The position numbers and the translations under genes were made by a program. This document shows, piece by piece, positions 11,991-21,556 of a stretch of DNA of 64,000 nucleotides (within the stretch, counting starts at the first letter, position 1; the number at the start of each line of letters is the position of its first letter). The notes under the pieces were generated by a model. The model was not told the DNA's origin and ran no database searches. It was given only the letters and a program-made list of their open reading frames with translations. The DNA comes from an uncultured Bacteroidia bacterium (lineage in GTDB: Bacteria; Bacteroidota; Bacteroidia; Bacteroidales; CAJPTX01): positions 8,006-72,005 of the forward strand of contig CBDEMG010000060.1 of assembly GCA_965240855.1 (NCBI GenBank), read 5' to 3'.

Positions 11991-12362
11991 CCACCCTTTT
12001 ATTAAACGATCCAACAACAACCCTTATTTGTTCACGGCATAAATACCATACCTATCGTTTAGAATCGCGAGCAGATACATATCACCCTAATTAATTCACA
12101 ACCTCTCACATTATAGAGTTTCGATAAACTCATGCACCGGTTCTGTAGTGTGCAACAATCTCATATATTTCACTCTTCTCCTATCTCACAATTCTGAACA
12201 CTCAAGACTATATTCCACGCCAGAATAAACTTAACTGACACTCTAGGTAATACAATCATCTATTACCTTACGGATCTTACTAAACCACCGAAAAACGTCT
12301 TACACGATCCTACCAAGCAATATACAGTGATTGCCATTCACAACACTATACAAAATACGCTC

Positions 12363-13313
12363 TTAAATATAAATCTTATGCAATACTTGCTGTGTATCTC
12401 CACCCGAAAGCACGTGGATATCTACCCCCTGTGTAATCAGATCTCTATTTAGATCAAACATCGAATCTGCTGCATCTCGTTGCGCATCATACATCACGAC
12501 GCGCGGTATTTTATACCGTATAGCAGCATTCATCGCATATCGCGAACCACTATCCAATTTCGTGTCCCTTAATTGTTTGCTTCTTAAATTTGAATCTTTT
12601 GCATAACTCGCTGTTAGTACCACGGCATCACTAAAAAGTGCCTGCAAACGATCGCGTGCAATATAACGTCCAATTAACTCCTCCCGCGTTATATGAACTT
12701 GACTATATTCTGTTAGTAAAAGTCCACCATTGCTCACTATCAAATCTGCCAACTGAACATTGGATTCTGGCAATATTTTCGACAATGCACTGGGCAATAT
12801 TGCTACGGTCTTCCCTCTAGATACAATTGTCTGACGATGTGCTATCGAATCACACCCATCTGCAAGACCACTTATCACGACTACTCCCGCTTCTACAAGA
12901 TCTCGAACTATCTCTCGCTCGCGTTTCTCTACTTCTCCTGTTGGCATCCTTACGCCAACTACTGCCACACTTTTCATTGATTTTTGAAGAAGTGTGATAT
13001 CACCCTGATAATATAAAAATACAGGAATTTCTTCCGCATTAGCAACTCCACGTATTGCTGGAAAAAGCGCATCACCACGCGCCACAATTCCATCACAATG
13101 TTGCTTCATTCGATTCACAAGTACAGACTCATACTGTTCTCTACGTTGCTCAAACTCCGATCTCTTCACTCTTACTACTCCTGTAGCTGCAAGTCGCGAT
13201 ACTATCTCGTCTGTTGTTTCGCCTCCCTGTATATTCTGTACAATCCATGCTGTACTCACTCCAGGATAAGTCTTTACCGTAAGAACATTAAGTGCCTGTA
13301 TTGAATATTCCAT
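12363..13313 (-). CDS. DprA/Smf-family (DNA-processing protein A-like) protein, divergent
   Basis: 316 aa. Rossmann-like core has GLADGCDSIAHR (compare DprA G-x-A-x-G-I-D-x-x-AH), ILPSAL, LLLTEY and ARDRLQALFSDAVVL. About 14 extra residues are inserted before the last conserved helix. No C-terminal winged helix is evident. Confidence 0.65.
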   Translation of the reverse strand: MEYSIQALNVLTVKTYPGVSTAWIVQNIQGGETTDEIVSRLAATGVVRVKRSEFEQRREQYESVLVNRMKQHCDGIVARGDALFPAIRGVANAEEIPVFLYYQGDITLLQKSMKSVAVVGVRMPTGEVEKREREIVRDLVEAGVVVISGLADGCDSIAHRQTIVSRGKTVAILPSALSKILPESNVQLADLIVSNGGLLLTEYSQVHITREELIGRYIARDRLQALFSDAVVLTASYAKDSNLRSKQLRDTKLDSGSRYAMNAAIRYKIPRVVMYDAQRDAADSMFDLNRDLITQGVDIHVLSGGDTQQVLHKIYI

Positions 13314-13340
13314 TTCTCTATTTTCAGATAGTCTAGTATA

Positions 13341-16300
13341 CTAATATTTAATAAAATGCCGTAAGAACAACGACTCCTTATTCCATATACGAATAAAATA
13401 AACTCCACTTTGTAAAGAACTCACGTCTAACCCATTTACCTGAAACAATTCCCCTTGCTGCATTACTATGCCTAAAGACGATATTATCTGGTAAGAAATT
13501 GGAACAGTACTCTCCGTTTCTATATGCAATTTATTCAATACTGGATTAGGATATAAAACTATCTCATTGGAGAATTCCTTCTGCTGCACACTTGTGCCTT
13601 TATCTTTTTTCTTACTCTTCGAATCCCGATTGGATTCTGACACAACAACAGTCACACTTATCTCAACGGACTCCGTCACCACCAGCTCATAAGGCAACCT
13701 CACTACTCTACCATCTACTTTTAATTCTACTATCGAATCTCTCAATTCTGGCAAACGTTTAAAATACAAACGTGTACCACCGTGAAACTGATTCTCACCC
13801 AACTTTAAATCATATAGTTCACCCTCATCCTCCCAATACTCCCTACGTTCTACTACTAAACCCTTACTATCCTCAGGAAAAGAACCCAAAAGAAAACATG
13901 ATATCGACTCTTCTACGACTTTAAACTTCGAAAACAACGAATGATTCTTATACAAGGAAACACTCCCATTCGGCACTCGCAAAATCACCCGCGAATTCGG
14001 TTTAAAAGCATCAGAAGCAACACTAAGATCATCTGGTTCTCTATGCCCCAAGGAAATTAAATGCAACGGACTACCCGTAAACGCATTTCTAGCAATCTTC
14101 TTTATGCTAGACGAAAGATGCAGCATCCGCAAGCCACTGGATGCAAAAGCCTTCTCGCCTATACTTACCACACCTGACTTGATATCCAAGGTTTCAAGTT
14201 GCAAATTCCCATTAAATGCGTTTCCCACAATCGTGTAATCTTCTTCAAAACCAATTTGTAGTTTCTTTAATGACGGCAGACAACCCACAATTTCTCGTCT
14301 ATTTCGATTTACATATATTCCGTCCACTAGTTCATAAGTATATGACTGGAATACAGCGCGTATCTTTAAATTTCCTTCTACCACATGTGTAAGCGATTCT
14401 GGCGCTACTTCTATGCCATTTATGAATAATTGCTTACACTCATTTCCCTGAGATGGCAATACTTCAATGCGTAACTTCTCACCACATGTAACTCGCGAAT
14501 TGGTTGATAACAGTACTCCTTTCTCGGTATAAACAGATAACTTCCCGTCTCCCGTAGACTCGTAAACCAATCCCGCAGTACGAGGAACTCCTAAAACCTC
14601 CACATCTAAATCTTCATCTAATGACAAAACCAACTCCTCCTCTAGTCTAGGATTGCCACCATTTATACGAAAACCTGTTACCTCATAAAAAGATCCCGAC
14701 TCGGCACGCAAATTAAGCGCAGCTCCTAACTTATTACGCAACTTCGCTGGGCTTGTTGTTATCTCATCGCCATTTACTTTTACCATGCACGAAGGCGGGA
14801 ATCTCAATGTCAAATACCTATACAAAGTTTCCACATCCACATCAATCTGCAAATCTTTATCCAAAGTAAACTGCTGCGAAAAATCAAAATCTGTATAATC
14901 TCTTCCATTTATTCGCAAGTTTCGTAAACGCTCCCAAGGTCTATGGGAAAACCTTAAACGAAATATCGTTCTACTAGGCAATGGACTAGATAACTGCAAC
15001 TGAGTGTCTTGCATATTCAATACCGTCAAATACTTCTTTGCTCGCTCACTCAACACAATAGAATAAGACATAGGGATCACACTTGCTGCCAACGTTAAAG
15101 TATTCCCAACGACAAACTCATACGGAAACGAACTGACAGATCTTCCATTTAGAACAATTGTACTCAGCGAAAACCCATCTGGAACTCTTGGCTTTTGAAG
15201 AAAAACAACATCTCCAATGCAAAGATCTTCCAGTCTGAGGAGATTATCCTGATTATCTCGGAATTCCATCTGACAACGAGCATCAACATCTTCAACATCT
15301 AAAAGAGGTTTCTCGCGATAGAAAGTTGCAAATAATTCGAGATTATGACGAATCTCAAATGTCGTATCAAGGGATGTTGTACGCACTCCATTATACGACC
15401 AATTACTAAATAAATATGGCGTTTCTACCTGAGGCGTTATCCTCAATTTTGTACCTCGTAAGAGTTGAACCGACGACTCTACAATCTCCTTACCCTGCTG
15501 ACTAAGATTGTATATAACTAACTTTCCACCACGAGTCCCAGAATTATTGAGCTGAAATTTTATTGTTTCTCCCTTGCCCGTTATTGCTAAATCTGCAAGC
15601 AAATACGTTGCATAAGTATTGCGATCCAGATCTTCCCCATTCACCACAAGATTTTGGATATCAAAACTCTCTAATGCCTCTGTCGAAATTCGTACAGGTA
15701 CTGTTCTCTGCAATTCTAGTGATAACGTTTCCTTATCCAAAACAACCTCAGGAATATCCTTATCAAGACGTTGTACATGTACAGTAACTGCATCTGGATT
15801 CTTGTTCAAAATCCTCACTATTTTTTCCACACCACACAGTTTGCTGAGATTTGGCGAATCTTTTAACTTATCCTTCCAAAAGCTCAAATGCTCTGAGTCT
15901 ACTACGATTTTCGAAACTTTTTTACGCGCAAAAACTGCATCTAACACAGTTGCTGGAAGCGGAGGTTGACCTTGAAAATATAATGTTTCTACTGACCCCA
16001 ATTTCGCAAACGCATCGGGAGCTATCTTCTCTATCGAAGCAGGAAAACCTAAAGTCTTCAATCGGACATTCTCTCGAAAAATATTCGAGGATAACTCTTC
16101 TATTTTACTGGGTAACAACAATTCTTTACACTTAGATTCCAAAAAAAGAGCGTCTTTCGCTATTTTACGAGTATATGCAAAAAGCGGAATTCCGCGCATA
16201 TCATGTCGTTCATCACGCACATACCAATGAAATAGTTCCTTACTATCCCCAGAGAGCCTGTAGTCAAAACCATCTACATACTCATCTCCCTTACGGATTA

Positions 16301-17405
16301 TTGCCTTAAATTTCTTACCCTCAAGACAAAACGGCACTACACACGAACTACCAACAATTGTATCTGTCCCATAAACATAACCTACTACCTGATAACCCTC
16401 CTTCGTATCAGCTGTAATCCTTATCGGAACAAAAAAAGGTATTTCTTTTTTCTGACTCTTTTCTAGTGTATAACTAATATTATTAAAGTCACTATGTACT
16501 GAATATATCGCATCAATCTTCAAACGTTTGACTCCTTCTGTAAACTCAAAATCTATCTCTGGTCGAAAGATTTTATCTTGCACTCCCTGACGACACTTAA
16601 GCAAACGTTTTCGCAGACGGTCATACAACGACTTGAATGATTTCTGTTGAAGTTCAAACACACAAAAACATGACACCTTCTCATTGGCTAGAATTTGAAA
16701 TGCTGATGTTGCATCTTCATCAATACTCGGTGCTAGATACAAACGCTTATAGCCATAAAAAGAATCATCTGAAGATCTAGGATGGAAATACAAAAATTTT
16801 GCACTCTTATGAAGAACTATATGGTAAGGAGATGGCCATTGTTCACTTGCTATATACAACGAATCTACACTCTCAGGCATTATATAGTAATCATCGTAGA
16901 TCCGTACGTCGTATATCGTGCGTTTGTCTTTACTATATAATATATTACCTAATTGAATAAAATTTTCTGGCTCGCCATCAAATTCAAACCGCTTAAAACG
17001 CGTTCTTTGAAAACTTGCCTGACGCGTAAACCATCCTATCGGAGCATTGTATGGTAAATGAAATACTTTTATATTCTTACAATCTTGAAAAGCACCACTC
17101 TCTATAAACTTCACTGTCTGAGGTATATATACTACCTCTACATTTTCAGATAGAAAATTCGTGATTTTTGTTACCGTGTATATATTCTTTCCGACTCGGA
17201 GCTCACGCTCAAAACGCACTTCTTTTCCATCAAACCCGACACTCTCATTTACAGAAGCAGAACCATTCCTATGATCTAACTCATATCTTATATTACCTTT
17301 TATCACATAATTATCCGCAGCGGAAGCTTTCATGAAGATTATTCCAAAGAACACTCCTATTACAAAAAACAAACGAAATAACATCTCAAACAACCTCCAC
17401 GACAA
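13341..17405 (-). CDS. Giant secreted BspA-type leucine-rich-repeat / beta-repeat protein with T9SS C-terminal sorting domain
   Basis: 1354 aa. The track start is TTG; ATG at 17384 (MLFRLFFVIGVFFGIIFMKASA, signal peptide) is more likely. LRR_5-like units are present (IESGAFQDCKNIKVFHLP, IAPDAFAKLGSVETLYF, IGEKAFASSGLRMLHLSSSIKKIARNAFTGSPL). At least 8 repeated roughly 70-80-aa modules are centred on an x-N-G motif. It ends in a T9SS CTD. Confidence 0.85.
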   Translation of the reverse strand: MSWRLFEMLFRLFFVIGVFFGIIFMKASAADNYVIKGNIRYELDHRNGSASVNESVGFDGKEVRFERELRVGKNIYTVTKITNFLSENVEVVYIPQTVKFIESGAFQDCKNIKVFHLPYNAPIGWFTRQASFQRTRFKRFEFDGEPENFIQLGNILYSKDKRTIYDVRIYDDYYIMPESVDSLYIASEQWPSPYHIVLHKSAKFLYFHPRSSDDSFYGYKRLYLAPSIDEDATSAFQILANEKVSCFCVFELQQKSFKSLYDRLRKRLLKCRQGVQDKIFRPEIDFEFTEGVKRLKIDAIYSVHSDFNNISYTLEKSQKKEIPFFVPIRITADTKEGYQVVGYVYGTDTIVGSSCVVPFCLEGKKFKAIIRKGDEYVDGFDYRLSGDSKELFHWYVRDERHDMRGIPLFAYTRKIAKDALFLESKCKELLLPSKIEELSSNIFRENVRLKTLGFPASIEKIAPDAFAKLGSVETLYFQGQPPLPATVLDAVFARKKVSKIVVDSEHLSFWKDKLKDSPNLSKLCGVEKIVRILNKNPDAVTVHVQRLDKDIPEVVLDKETLSLELQRTVPVRISTEALESFDIQNLVVNGEDLDRNTYATYLLADLAITGKGETIKFQLNNSGTRGGKLVIYNLSQQGKEIVESSVQLLRGTKLRITPQVETPYLFSNWSYNGVRTTSLDTTFEIRHNLELFATFYREKPLLDVEDVDARCQMEFRDNQDNLLRLEDLCIGDVVFLQKPRVPDGFSLSTIVLNGRSVSSFPYEFVVGNTLTLAASVIPMSYSIVLSERAKKYLTVLNMQDTQLQLSSPLPSRTIFRLRFSHRPWERLRNLRINGRDYTDFDFSQQFTLDKDLQIDVDVETLYRYLTLRFPPSCMVKVNGDEITTSPAKLRNKLGAALNLRAESGSFYEVTGFRINGGNPRLEEELVLSLDEDLDVEVLGVPRTAGLVYESTGDGKLSVYTEKGVLLSTNSRVTCGEKLRIEVLPSQGNECKQLFINGIEVAPESLTHVVEGNLKIRAVFQSYTYELVDGIYVNRNRREIVGCLPSLKKLQIGFEEDYTIVGNAFNGNLQLETLDIKSGVVSIGEKAFASSGLRMLHLSSSIKKIARNAFTGSPLHLISLGHREPDDLSVASDAFKPNSRVILRVPNGSVSLYKNHSLFSKFKVVEESISCFLLGSFPEDSKGLVVERREYWEDEGELYDLKLGENQFHGGTRLYFKRLPELRDSIVELKVDGRVVRLPYELVVTESVEISVTVVVSESNRDSKSKKKDKGTSVQQKEFSNEIVLYPNPVLNKLHIETESTVPISYQIISSLGIVMQQGELFQVNGLDVSSLQSGVYFIRIWNKESLFLRHFIKY
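13344..13568 (-). other. T9SS type-A C-terminal sorting domain (within the 1354-aa CDS)
   Basis: The last roughly 74 aa read IVLYPNPVLNKLHIE...LDVSSLQSGVYFIRIWNKESLFLRHFIKY. This matches the YPNP...GvY...K pattern of Por-secretion CTDs. Confidence 0.8.
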
Positions 17406-17643
17406 ACGTCTCCTATTCTAAATCCTTGATCCTCAACTCCCCACTTCAGCACACAAACATTATATCACTCTTTCTAGATCAACCTTCTATCTCGGACACA
17501 TCTCGCAAAATATTAATACTTACACACGTTCACATTACTTATACAAAAATGAATCCAGAATTTATTTTATATTATACTATTATGCAAACTAGATTTATAC
17601 AAAATTTAATGAATTTACTGTACCGCAGCTATTACCCTGTAGA

Positions 17644-18576
17644 CTAAAACTCCCACAAGTCGTGCTCAGTATTAAAGATATCTGTCTTTATCCTCTCTGA
17701 TTCCAGCATATTCGGAATCCCACCCTTCTTATAATCCGAAATCGTACGATTATTATATTCATTCGTTTCTCGAATTATATACGAGTCAAAACGTCTTTTG
17801 AAAAATAAGTCATCAAATGATGTCGACTGTGCATCATTCTTATTATTGTAAGAGGCAATGTGTGTTAATACAGAACGCGCTTCAGGATAATACACCCAGA
17901 ACGCTGGTATACGCTTTAACTGACCACCTGCTCCAATCAATTCAAATTCCTCTACAACAGGACACAACCCCAATATTCTAACTTCCAATACCGAACGCTT
18001 CGAATCAAAAAACCACTCCTCCTTTACAATTATCTGCTTCACATCTTTCCAACGAAGCTCACCATCTATCTTTATGGTCTTAACTTGTCCCGTATTCATA
18101 TCCGTTTGTTGAATCTCCTGACTCTCAGTACTCATATTGTTTCGTACTTCTTCCAAAGTCATCCGCTTTACAAACTCATCTCCTGGCGATGTTAAACCTG
18201 GTAATGGATCGTACGCATATATTTCTTTATTTTGTATTGCATCATAAAGAGCCTGCGTTATACTCTTCCGATCTCGCATCCGTACCGTAGGATAATACAA
18301 TGGTATGTTTATTTTCTGACGCAAATCTATCATCCTCCAAATTATCTTCGACCACAATACATCCGCTTCGCGAACATACGTATACGGAACAGGACGAATC
18401 TTCTCTGGAATTGTCGTACGTTCATAAAAACCTATCGGCGGCATATTGGTCGTATCAGGACGTACTGTGTCCATATTAGACACTTCCATCTTTACTTGTG
18501 TTCGTTGCGCATAAACGCCACCTTGCCAATACACAAATAACAATGTAGATACAAACAAAAAAATGCTTACTCGCAT
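17644..18576 (-). CDS. gldN: T9SS/gliding ring protein GldN (PorN)
   Basis: 310 aa with a signal peptide. It is the last gene of a K-L-M-N series and the sequence is typical of GldN (PIGFYERT..., WRMIDLRQKIN). Confidence 0.85.
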   Translation of the reverse strand: MRVSIFLFVSTLLFVYWQGGVYAQRTQVKMEVSNMDTVRPDTTNMPPIGFYERTTIPEKIRPVPYTYVREADVLWSKIIWRMIDLRQKINIPLYYPTVRMRDRKSITQALYDAIQNKEIYAYDPLPGLTSPGDEFVKRMTLEEVRNNMSTESQEIQQTDMNTGQVKTIKIDGELRWKDVKQIIVKEEWFFDSKRSVLEVRILGLCPVVEEFELIGAGGQLKRIPAFWVYYPEARSVLTHIASYNNKNDAQSTSFDDLFFKRRFDSYIIRETNEYNNRTISDYKKGGIPNMLESERIKTDIFNTEHDLWEF

Positions 18577-18606
18577 TCAATTTCCCTTTTAAAACACTCT
18601 TAACTT

Positions 18607-20244
18607 CTACTTTATACGATATACTTTAGACTCCAGTCTACGCTCCTTACCATCCGCCCCCTTTACTCGAATATCTGTAATCGTCAATTGCGATCCCGAA
18701 CTTAAAGAGGACATCAACTGCTTCTGCTCAGGTGTAAATTGTGCTCCATTAGAAATCTTCTCCGAAAAGAACCCTCCAACTGTAACACCTACTTTAAAAC
18801 CCAACACCTGAAACTTCATATCAAAATCAAAATCTTTTGGGAACTGCGCCTCCATCCCCTGCGCTACCATCAATACACCTTTCTGTATCTCTGTTGCTTT
18901 CGAATCCATCCCAAATAATGAAGCTACTGGATCTGGCAAGCTCTTTACGCGGAACTCTTTTGTTCCCACAACTTTACTTACTCCATTCTCATTCGATGTT
19001 ATCGTTATCTTACAAACGCCCTCCTTTGTAGGACGTGCTGAATAACCCGTCGCCGACATAGTTATTGTCCCTCCTGACATCGAAACAGAAATCTTATCCG
19101 AATTTATCCCAGAAACAGACACATCTATAGGATTATCTACACCTAGATAAAAAACATTCATCTTCCTCGCTCCCACTGCCATCGAAGGTTCTGCTACTGT
19201 ATACCGGTGTCTGAATGGTTTACGAATCGGTATCCCATCTGGACCGATAATCTCAATCAACCCACCCCAAGAGACAACACCATTCGACGATGCAGATATT
19301 CGATATATCCCCCTGCCATTTTCTGAAACAGGTATCGTATCCTTCTCGTGCCCCTCACGCATCGTATAGATCCACTCATCTGATGTCTCACTTCGAACCG
19401 AATCATACGCGCCTATATATACCTTAGGACGCTGCGTTGTATCACTTGCCGCTAAAAAAACCTCAGCCCTAAACTCACCACCACGCATTATATAATCCGA
19501 ATTCGGAATAACCACAGGACTTATCTTGTTAAATTTAAAATCTCCCGCATCAACTCTATTCAGCAAAAAAGACATCACATCAGACTCAGCATTCAACACA
19601 TCCACCTGCACCTTCGTCAACTGAGGCAACGTCGCTATTAACGGAATATGCTCAAAACGATAACTCTCCCACGAATGCTCTATACCATCTTTAGTCGGAG
19701 GTGGATTATTTGTATCTAGCATCGTCTCCAAATTCGTTACTAACGACGCATCTCGTACTTTATCTAAAAATCCTAACAACCTAGTACGATAGGCCGATAA
19801 CATCTCTCGCAATTTCGCGCCATTACCCTCCATAATCATTACCTGTGCAGGTATATCCGTACTAGATGTTACTTCCAAACGCTGACTATCAACCTCACCA
19901 TCTGGTAACAACGCAGGACTATCTTTCCCCTCTGCAATCTCTACAATCTTATACTTCAATGAACGCACAAAATCCACTATCTCCTGAGCTTCTTTATGTA
20001 CAACTTCTGCCTTCTCGCGCCACGGTGTCACCTTCTGCGGATTCAATAATTCTGCCTCCACAAACTTGCTCATAACTTTCGCATTCTTATCTGCATAATT
20101 TCGCGTTGTAAATGAAAGCCCCCCATCTACCAAGGCAAAAGCGTTCAACAACTCTGCAGAGACATTCATTGCCAGCATCGCAGTCAACATTAGGTACATC
20201 ATACCTATCATCTTCTGCCTTGGCGTTTCTTTCCCGTGACCCAT
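18607..20244 (-). CDS. gldM: T9SS/gliding motor-associated protein GldM (PorM)
   Basis: 545 aa with the canonical N-terminus PRQKMIGMMYLMLTAMLAMNVS, a single TM and a long periplasmic region. Confidence 0.9.
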   Translation of the reverse strand: MGHGKETPRQKMIGMMYLMLTAMLAMNVSAELLNAFALVDGGLSFTTRNYADKNAKVMSKFVEAELLNPQKVTPWREKAEVVHKEAQEIVDFVRSLKYKIVEIAEGKDSPALLPDGEVDSQRLEVTSSTDIPAQVMIMEGNGAKLREMLSAYRTRLLGFLDKVRDASLVTNLETMLDTNNPPPTKDGIEHSWESYRFEHIPLIATLPQLTKVQVDVLNAESDVMSFLLNRVDAGDFKFNKISPVVIPNSDYIMRGGEFRAEVFLAASDTTQRPKVYIGAYDSVRSETSDEWIYTMREGHEKDTIPVSENGRGIYRISASSNGVVSWGGLIEIIGPDGIPIRKPFRHRYTVAEPSMAVGARKMNVFYLGVDNPIDVSVSGINSDKISVSMSGGTITMSATGYSARPTKEGVCKITITSNENGVSKVVGTKEFRVKSLPDPVASLFGMDSKATEIQKGVLMVAQGMEAQFPKDFDFDMKFQVLGFKVGVTVGGFFSEKISNGAQFTPEQKQLMSSLSSGSQLTITDIRVKGADGKERRLESKVYRIK

Positions 20245-20348
20245 TTTTACCTAGTTATCTCTTCTCTCTACAAGAACGACTTCTTATATTTCCTCTATTC
20301 ACTTTAACGACCAACTGCTTCCGCTAAAAGCACATTCTTTCACAGACT

Positions 20349-21515
20349 CTACCTATTGGCCAATGTCCCCATGGCAGACAACATATTTCCATATACAGAG
20401 TTCAAACGAGATACATTATCCGCTAACTGACTCACAGACTTACTGTAACGCGATGTATCCTCATTCGCTCTTTCTAACATCTGACGGAGCATCTCCTCTA
20501 CCTTCTTATTCACTTCATCATTTGCCTTCAAACGCGCTTGAATCCCTTGGAATTGCGTCTCATGGGCAGCATTTAATGCTGCTAAATTCTTGTTCATTGT
20601 CGCCAATTGCACACCAGCCTCTGTAATTCCTTTATCTACACCACTGCTTGCACTCGACAACTTATCTGCAGCCTGCTGAATAATATCTTTAAAACTTGCA
20701 CTAAACGAAAGCCCCGTCTCCGACATCGCCGTCGACGTCTTTTCAAAACTTTCAGCTAACACCTTCGCTTTACGAGCCAACAGATTCCCTGATTCTTCAT
20801 AGCTACCTGCAAACTTGCCAACTGCCTCGCTTGCTCGTTCCATATTCCCCGCCAAATTTTCTGTCGAAGCAACAGCACTCGAAATTCTCGCAATCCCATT
20901 ACTTGCTTCACTCAATCGCTCCAATCCTGCCCCTATTTTCATAAACAACTCTGGACCAATCTCCGCCTTCTCAAGCATCTCATTAAACTTCTCTGAGAAT
21001 ACCATACCACCCATTCCCACAGGAACTTGCTGTATTATCGTTTGTTGCGGTACTGGCGATGCCGTGACAACCTGTGGCGACGATTCCACAGACGGTGCAA
21101 CAACCTTTTTAACCTCATCCCGTTTCTCCTCCGTGGTTTTTGTTTTATTTTCCTCTGCAGGAGCTCTATTAATATTACTTTTTGCAATGGCAGAAGCAAT
21201 CACACTCTCAAGCATCATCATATCTATCCCCCCATTGTTCTTATCGCGAGGTCTACGAACCTCATCTGTCATCCCAGCAAGTTCCGGATAAACTATCGTC
21301 CAATCAACCTCCTCAACAATAGGTTCAAAAGCCGATAAGAAAAATATCACGGCCTCCGTTATCATACCTATCAATAACATAACCCCCGCACCAGGATAGT
21401 GTTGCAACTTAAACAATGCTCCCAATAGCACCACAGAAGCCCCCCAACCATAGACGTACTTCATTAAGTTCTTATACTTCGAACCTTGTACTATCTCAGA
21501 TATGTTAAAACCCAT
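20349..21515 (-). CDS. gldL: T9SS/gliding motor protein GldL (PorL), long form
   Basis: 388 aa. The N-terminal two-TM hairpin reads YGWGASVVLLGALFKLQHYPGAGVMLLIGMITEAVIFFLSAFEP. It has a Pro/Gln/Val-rich linker and a C-terminal LNSVYGNMLSAM motif. Confidence 0.9.
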   Translation of the reverse strand: MGFNISEIVQGSKYKNLMKYVYGWGASVVLLGALFKLQHYPGAGVMLLIGMITEAVIFFLSAFEPIVEEVDWTIVYPELAGMTDEVRRPRDKNNGGIDMMMLESVIASAIAKSNINRAPAEENKTKTTEEKRDEVKKVVAPSVESSPQVVTASPVPQQTIIQQVPVGMGGMVFSEKFNEMLEKAEIGPELFMKIGAGLERLSEASNGIARISSAVASTENLAGNMERASEAVGKFAGSYEESGNLLARKAKVLAESFEKTSTAMSETGLSFSASFKDIIQQAADKLSSASSGVDKGITEAGVQLATMNKNLAALNAAHETQFQGIQARLKANDEVNKKVEEMLRQMLERANEDTSRYSKSVSQLADNVSRLNSVYGNMLSAMGTLANR

Positions 21516-21556
21516 CTCTATCCGTTTTTAGCTTTTTTTTTGCCCTAGTTTTTTTT

